From contig JAUCBJ010002096.1 of assembly GCA_032718475.1 (NCBI GenBank), positions 19,824 to 83,823 on the forward strand: 64,000 nt of DNA. Reading direction: 5' to 3'. The stretch is from Nemertoderma westbladi. Its lineage: Eukaryota > Animalia > Xenacoelomorpha. Each line of letters starts with the position of its first letter. The stretch's first letter is position 1. Under the pieces are notes generated by a model. The model had not been told where the DNA came from, did no database searches, and worked only from the letters and a program-made list of their open reading frames with translations. The position numbers and the translations under genes are program-made. Below are positions 62,301-64,000 of the stretch, piece after piece.

Positions 62301-63909
62301 CTATGACAACAAGACCTATAAAGACGTAAGTAAATACAAGTCTCGAACCAGTGACAGGAGAGAACAGGTAACAACAACTCCTCCTACGTCTCCTAAGAGA
62401 ATTCATGGAAGAAAGCCCGAAGAAAGAACGAGAGTGCAGAACGTTAACCAAGTTAAGGTGAGTAACATCAAACCAAAATGTGCGCTGTGCGACGGGCCCC
62501 ACCGTTTGAGTGCGTGTGCTGAATTTCTAAAGAAATCCCTTGTAGACAGACGTACAGTCCTGTGGAATAAGCGGTTATGCTATAATTGCCTCAGATCAGG
62601 ACACCAACGGCGAACCTGTTACTCCGACATAAAGTGTGCAAAGTGTGTCGCGAAACATCACATCTTGTTACACAGTGAGTTCGAACGAGACAAACAGAGT
62701 CAGGTAAGTGAGCCCGAACTACATGTCCAATTCAGTGATGTAAACGACACTGATCAAGAATCTGAGATGGAAGGATTCTATACTGACGAATTCTCCGACG
62801 CCAACGAATCCTGTTATCTAATCAATACCGCAGTGTATCGAGCACTTACTTATGAAAAGGACACCAACAATGAGTTTCCCCCAACTACTTTTGCCAAACA
62901 ACCATCTTGGAAAGCTCCAACTTCCAACGTAGGAATCAGAGAATTTCCTGTAGTGCAGGTAAGAGTTCACGGTCTTAACAAAAGTTACATAGTGAACGCC
63001 CTCCTTGACTCCGGCAGCACAGGAACATTCATCGATCAAGAACTAGCCGAAGATATCTTTGCTGGACAACCCAAGTTCCGGACTAAATTGAATATGTCAG
63101 GAATTATGCAGGTTTGGAAATCTACCCTAACGGCAGATTACTATGTAGGTGTGTTGTCCACCCCCCAGGATAAATTAGGAGCACAAGGTATAAGGTCGGT
63201 AAAAATGGTGGCTATAAAGAACTTCGCTACTACCCAAGCAGACCTTTATAATTGGGACGAGGATGAGAGCATCCAACATCTTAAGATACCTCGATTCCAG
63301 ACAGATTATCCTGGAGTGCAAATACTCATCGGCCAAAACGCGCATGAGGCGCTCGAGACATTGGAGAAACGGCCTGCTCAACCGCAGCCACTACAAACCT
63401 ATGCGGTAAGAACTAGAGTAGGTTGGTACTTCACTGGCCCTTCCCGTAGAACTCTCAAAGAGAGATTACCTCAACAACAGGTATACCAAGTAAAGGGGGA
63501 AGTGGAGAGCAGTGATGTGGACGATCCAACTGAGGGAACACCATACTCCTCAGATAATGACGATATTAACTCCAATGTAGATCAATGGAGACATTGCCTT
63601 GGGACGATTAATCCAGCCGACATCGATTCCAGAGGAGCAACTCCTCAAGAACTGATAGATACTCCAGGCTGGTTAGGTGGATCCGACTCCTTAAGTAAAG
63701 AAGAAGAAGAATGGCCTCCTCATCTTACCACGGCAGAAATTAGACAGGCCAAGGGAGCGGAGAAAGTAACACAACAACTCAATCGCCCAGCTAGTCGTTT
63801 ATGTTTACTGGAAAGAGACCGAAAACTGTCCGGAAACTATGGAAGGCAAGATACTCTTCCTACGACCACTTCCCTAATCCGACAAATATCTAGGGACTCC
63901 ATAACGTAA
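59323..63909 (+). CDS. BEL/Pao-type Gag plus protease with a long N-terminal extension and short RNase H/integrase tail remnants
   Basis: KFNGD...WL.F...EKLRFLIKCLEG capsid region; three BEL knuckles CALC..H..C, CYNC...H...C, CAKC...HHILLH; LLDSGS; ILIGQN...TRVGWYFTGP. Then W.H...NPAD..SRG...W..G...WP and RPASRLCLLE. No YxDD or D,D35E. Confidence 0.9.
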   Translation: MSDTQQNLSDSLIDTTICDTDRSVERLRKEFSSPPTARKVIPPVVSDPRLIHHRSIIGTRAQVKRNQEAVVLSQQHLGQEPTSQRPDSSSSSDTVELTPERGVQMAATVYSDPLLTLPAAVLTTIFIAVEEHQADWARNKRATQDNYAGYAREELMPTVESQWNFPGLGLPLDLSEATWEDIHRMGVAKDTMDPAVWKRSAAGYVQGFFDSLERLEEQLFRQPQGPQEQEELLYQVRERTLRIRLILSAFEETSKRRQDTSLQVAVKTWLHRVGLKVQETAQWKSQLAERSTYEEQTDVTLSQAESEETAQKPRTRDAIDIYLSDYQRFLGDEELRRRLSGLSPKSEGTKLVLDSIDAEMLAANQAEFDEKLRLTRVREEQVKAEAERKAAKAEAERKAAEAEAERKAAKAEAERKAAEAEAERKAAVAEAERRASEETIQLELENLQETQDSINKQFTANQMQMMRKSTPKRQGYTSSEEGETTDPEGGGNRSHLSRRRKTSYRRKLPDLPPAVRRQLVSTDLSSMEPTAQSIKVKRLPTIVDEPEIIRPVVPKVTSVLETPVLPELNSKFPLHSTTLPVPGRTVQENIPVRIAEREIKDLSPVVPRQPATMLATPASAVEWVEEGRRGMNLLLGQMQETVHQLKGTVREGRAELQEVQQSIALERDKLVNIQKGIPIPPVTLCQPVRSEVLHAQGVEPTRIYTASEVETPIANPIKGDYTSVANDIPYRPDNNPRNLYTDNSILNNTMAQESFTRQMARTEARQAVKVGEIVKFNGDEMKWLPFNEYYKDSIQNSVLSNGEKLRFLIKCLEGPPKLMALKFIGHPDGLRQVWDTLNIRYGNKDNIAKYLYAKLVAPRHFLSSGIIEFSDEIQEICRQLDWLGKLHEYQSSMVIGAVVSTLPKGGVCTRWDKKVLYMNEQQRRSPTMADLMSFLDSEVKLQLIRQSREKTSENKVSEKPVSRRRIIPVCYTDDGESQASQEEDSGKDTAKSYYDNKTYKDVSKYKSRTSDRREQVTTTPPTSPKRIHGRKPEERTRVQNVNQVKVSNIKPKCALCDGPHRLSACAEFLKKSLVDRRTVLWNKRLCYNCLRSGHQRRTCYSDIKCAKCVAKHHILLHSEFERDKQSQVSEPELHVQFSDVNDTDQESEMEGFYTDEFSDANESCYLINTAVYRALTYEKDTNNEFPPTTFAKQPSWKAPTSNVGIREFPVVQVRVHGLNKSYIVNALLDSGSTGTFIDQELAEDIFAGQPKFRTKLNMSGIMQVWKSTLTADYYVGVLSTPQDKLGAQGIRSVKMVAIKNFATTQADLYNWDEDESIQHLKIPRFQTDYPGVQILIGQNAHEALETLEKRPAQPQPLQTYAVRTRVGWYFTGPSRRTLKERLPQQQVYQVKGEVESSDVDDPTEGTPYSSDNDDINSNVDQWRHCLGTINPADIDSRGATPQELIDTPGWLGGSDSLSKEEEEWPPHLTTAEIRQAKGAEKVTQQLNRPASRLCLLERDRKLSGNYGRQDTLPTTTSLIRQISRDSIT

Positions 63910-64000
63910 TAACATATGGAGTGGGCGTGTGACTATATCATTTTATATTTGTTTTTATTTTATATTTATGTATGTATTATTATGTAATTTTATTATAATC

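Larger units (their letters stand above)
55896..64000 (+). mobile_element. BEL/Pao-derived non-autonomous retroelement 2 (Gag+protease plus pol remnants), runs off the window
   Basis: Same TGTAAAAGCTTTTG start as 6477, LTR-like unit, 2.4-kb leader, 1528-aa ORF, and PPT-like GGAGTGGGCG|TG at 63918-63929. Confidence 0.8.

Overview
AT-rich eukaryotic DNA, most likely from an invertebrate animal (inferred from a GPCR exon and the TE mix), made almost entirely of transposable elements and tandem repeats. From left to right it holds: a head-to-tail cluster of six ~1.26-kb non-autonomous Helitrons; a BEL/Pao-derived element encoding only Gag+protease; a decayed SWIM/MULE-type transposase; a CRE-clade non-LTR element with a long in-frame insert inside its RT; decayed LINEs; one coding exon of a class A GPCR; several MITEs and satellites (6-, 34-, 21- and 36-bp units); an intact, very young Mag-like Ty3/Gypsy element with identical LTRs; a CR1-type LINE; and a second, divergent Gag+protease-only BEL/Pao element. 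The best candidate for an undescribed system is the pair of enzyme-less BEL/Pao elements. They share a 14-bp terminus and a ~570-bp conserved, hairpin-rich non-coding block, keep long open Gag-protease frames without RT/RNase H/integrase cores, and in neither case does the sequence after the polypurine tract match the 5' LTR-like unit. All family assignments come from motif recognition by eye; no searches were run.
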